Shown here: positions 63,682 to 64,000 of the stretch, one piece after another | How positions within the stretch are numbered: position 1 is the first letter of the stretch | Layout: the number at the start of each line of letters is the position of its first letter | Source of the DNA: Nocardioidaceae bacterium | GTDB lineage: Bacteria > Actinomycetota > Actinomycetes > Propionibacteriales > Nocardioidaceae | Reading direction: 5' to 3' | Length of the DNA: 64,000 nucleotides | Assembly: GCA_039915665.1 (NCBI GenBank) | Contig: JBDSMW010000011.1 | Span: 1,883 to 65,882, forward strand | Notes under the pieces: generated by a model | Databases searched by the model: none | Told to the model about the DNA's origin: nothing | Seen by the model: only the letters and a program-made list of their open reading frames with translations | Made by a program: the position numbers and the translations under genes

Positions 63682-64000
63682 ATGGCCGAGGTGAAGCAGG
63701 GCCGGTGGATGGCGCACATCGAGGGCGACTTCGTGGTGTTCCTGATCGGCGCACGGTTCGAGAAGCGACACCTGCTGCGCACGCTGAACGACCTCGGTGG
63801 CCGCAAGGGCATGCCGCACATGCTCAAGGTGCTCTCCGAGGACCCGGAGCGCGGGCTGCTCGGCTACGAGATGTCCACGTTCGGCGGCCTGATCGTGCAG
63901 TACTGGCGGTCCTTCGAGCACCTGGAGCGCTTCGCCAACAGCCCGGACCCGCACGGTGACGTCTGGCGCAGGTACTGGAAGCGGGTCGGGAAGAGCCCCC
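63682..64000 (+). CDS. Partial CDS (runs off window end): DUF4188-like protein
   Basis: The ATG at 63682 gives MAEVKQGRWMAHIEGDFVVFLIGARFEKRHLLRTLNDLGG...VQYWRSFEHLERFANSPDPHGDVWRRYW. The frame is open to the window edge with high third-position GC. The family assignment is from memory. Confidence 0.55.
   Translation, partial: MAEVKQGRWMAHIEGDFVVFLIGARFEKRHLLRTLNDLGGRKGMPHMLKVLSEDPERGLLGYEMSTFGGLIVQYWRSFEHLERFANSPDPHGDVWRRYWKRVGKSP

Overview
High-GC (about 70%) actinobacterial chromosome segment, almost entirely on the + strand and dominated by core housekeeping operons. The gene order matches, from memory, the conserved actinobacterial block known from Streptomyces (aro genes-efp-nusB ... 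pyrR-pyrB-pyrC-carA-carB-pyrD-pyrF-mihF-gmk-rpoZ-coaBC-metK-priA-def-fmt-rsmB-rpe-rib operon-hisE-hisG). The window starts with a PPIase-like fragment, an MBL hydrolase, hisS, aspS, an Opp/Dpp-type peptide ABC transporter, rarA, alaS, ruvX and mltG. I found no rRNA, tRNA, CRISPR array, transposase, integrase or recognisable defence system. RNA and regulatory calls are an FMN riboswitch ahead of ribD, a PyrR-type binding hairpin ahead of pyrR, and several GC-rich stem-loops. The second-look items are the places where the conserved synteny is broken. (1) A 9.3 kb variable segment lies between nusB and pyrR. It holds a VOC protein, an M36 fungalysin-type protease, a translationally coupled class-IV aminotransferase plus sulfotransferase-like P-loop pair, a disulfide oxidoreductase, an orphan STAS protein and two secreted unknowns. 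(2) A PyrK-like/PyrD-1B-like pair with a substituted active site sits right after a canonical class-2 pyrD. (3) A roughly 190 bp highly structured inverted-repeat element lies at the pyrF/dcp junction, where dcp and a lipoprotein gene separate pyrF from mihF. (4) A frameshifted ECF-sigma relic fused to an unknown ORF lies between rsmB and rpe. Smaller oddities are an aroE with no usable start codon upstream of its conserved N-terminal motif, a PriA with degenerate Walker A/B motifs, two possible gene relics in intergenic DNA and a 22-bp tandem duplication. Nothing here is clearly a new multi-gene system, and all functional ideas below are hypotheses from reading the sequence by eye.
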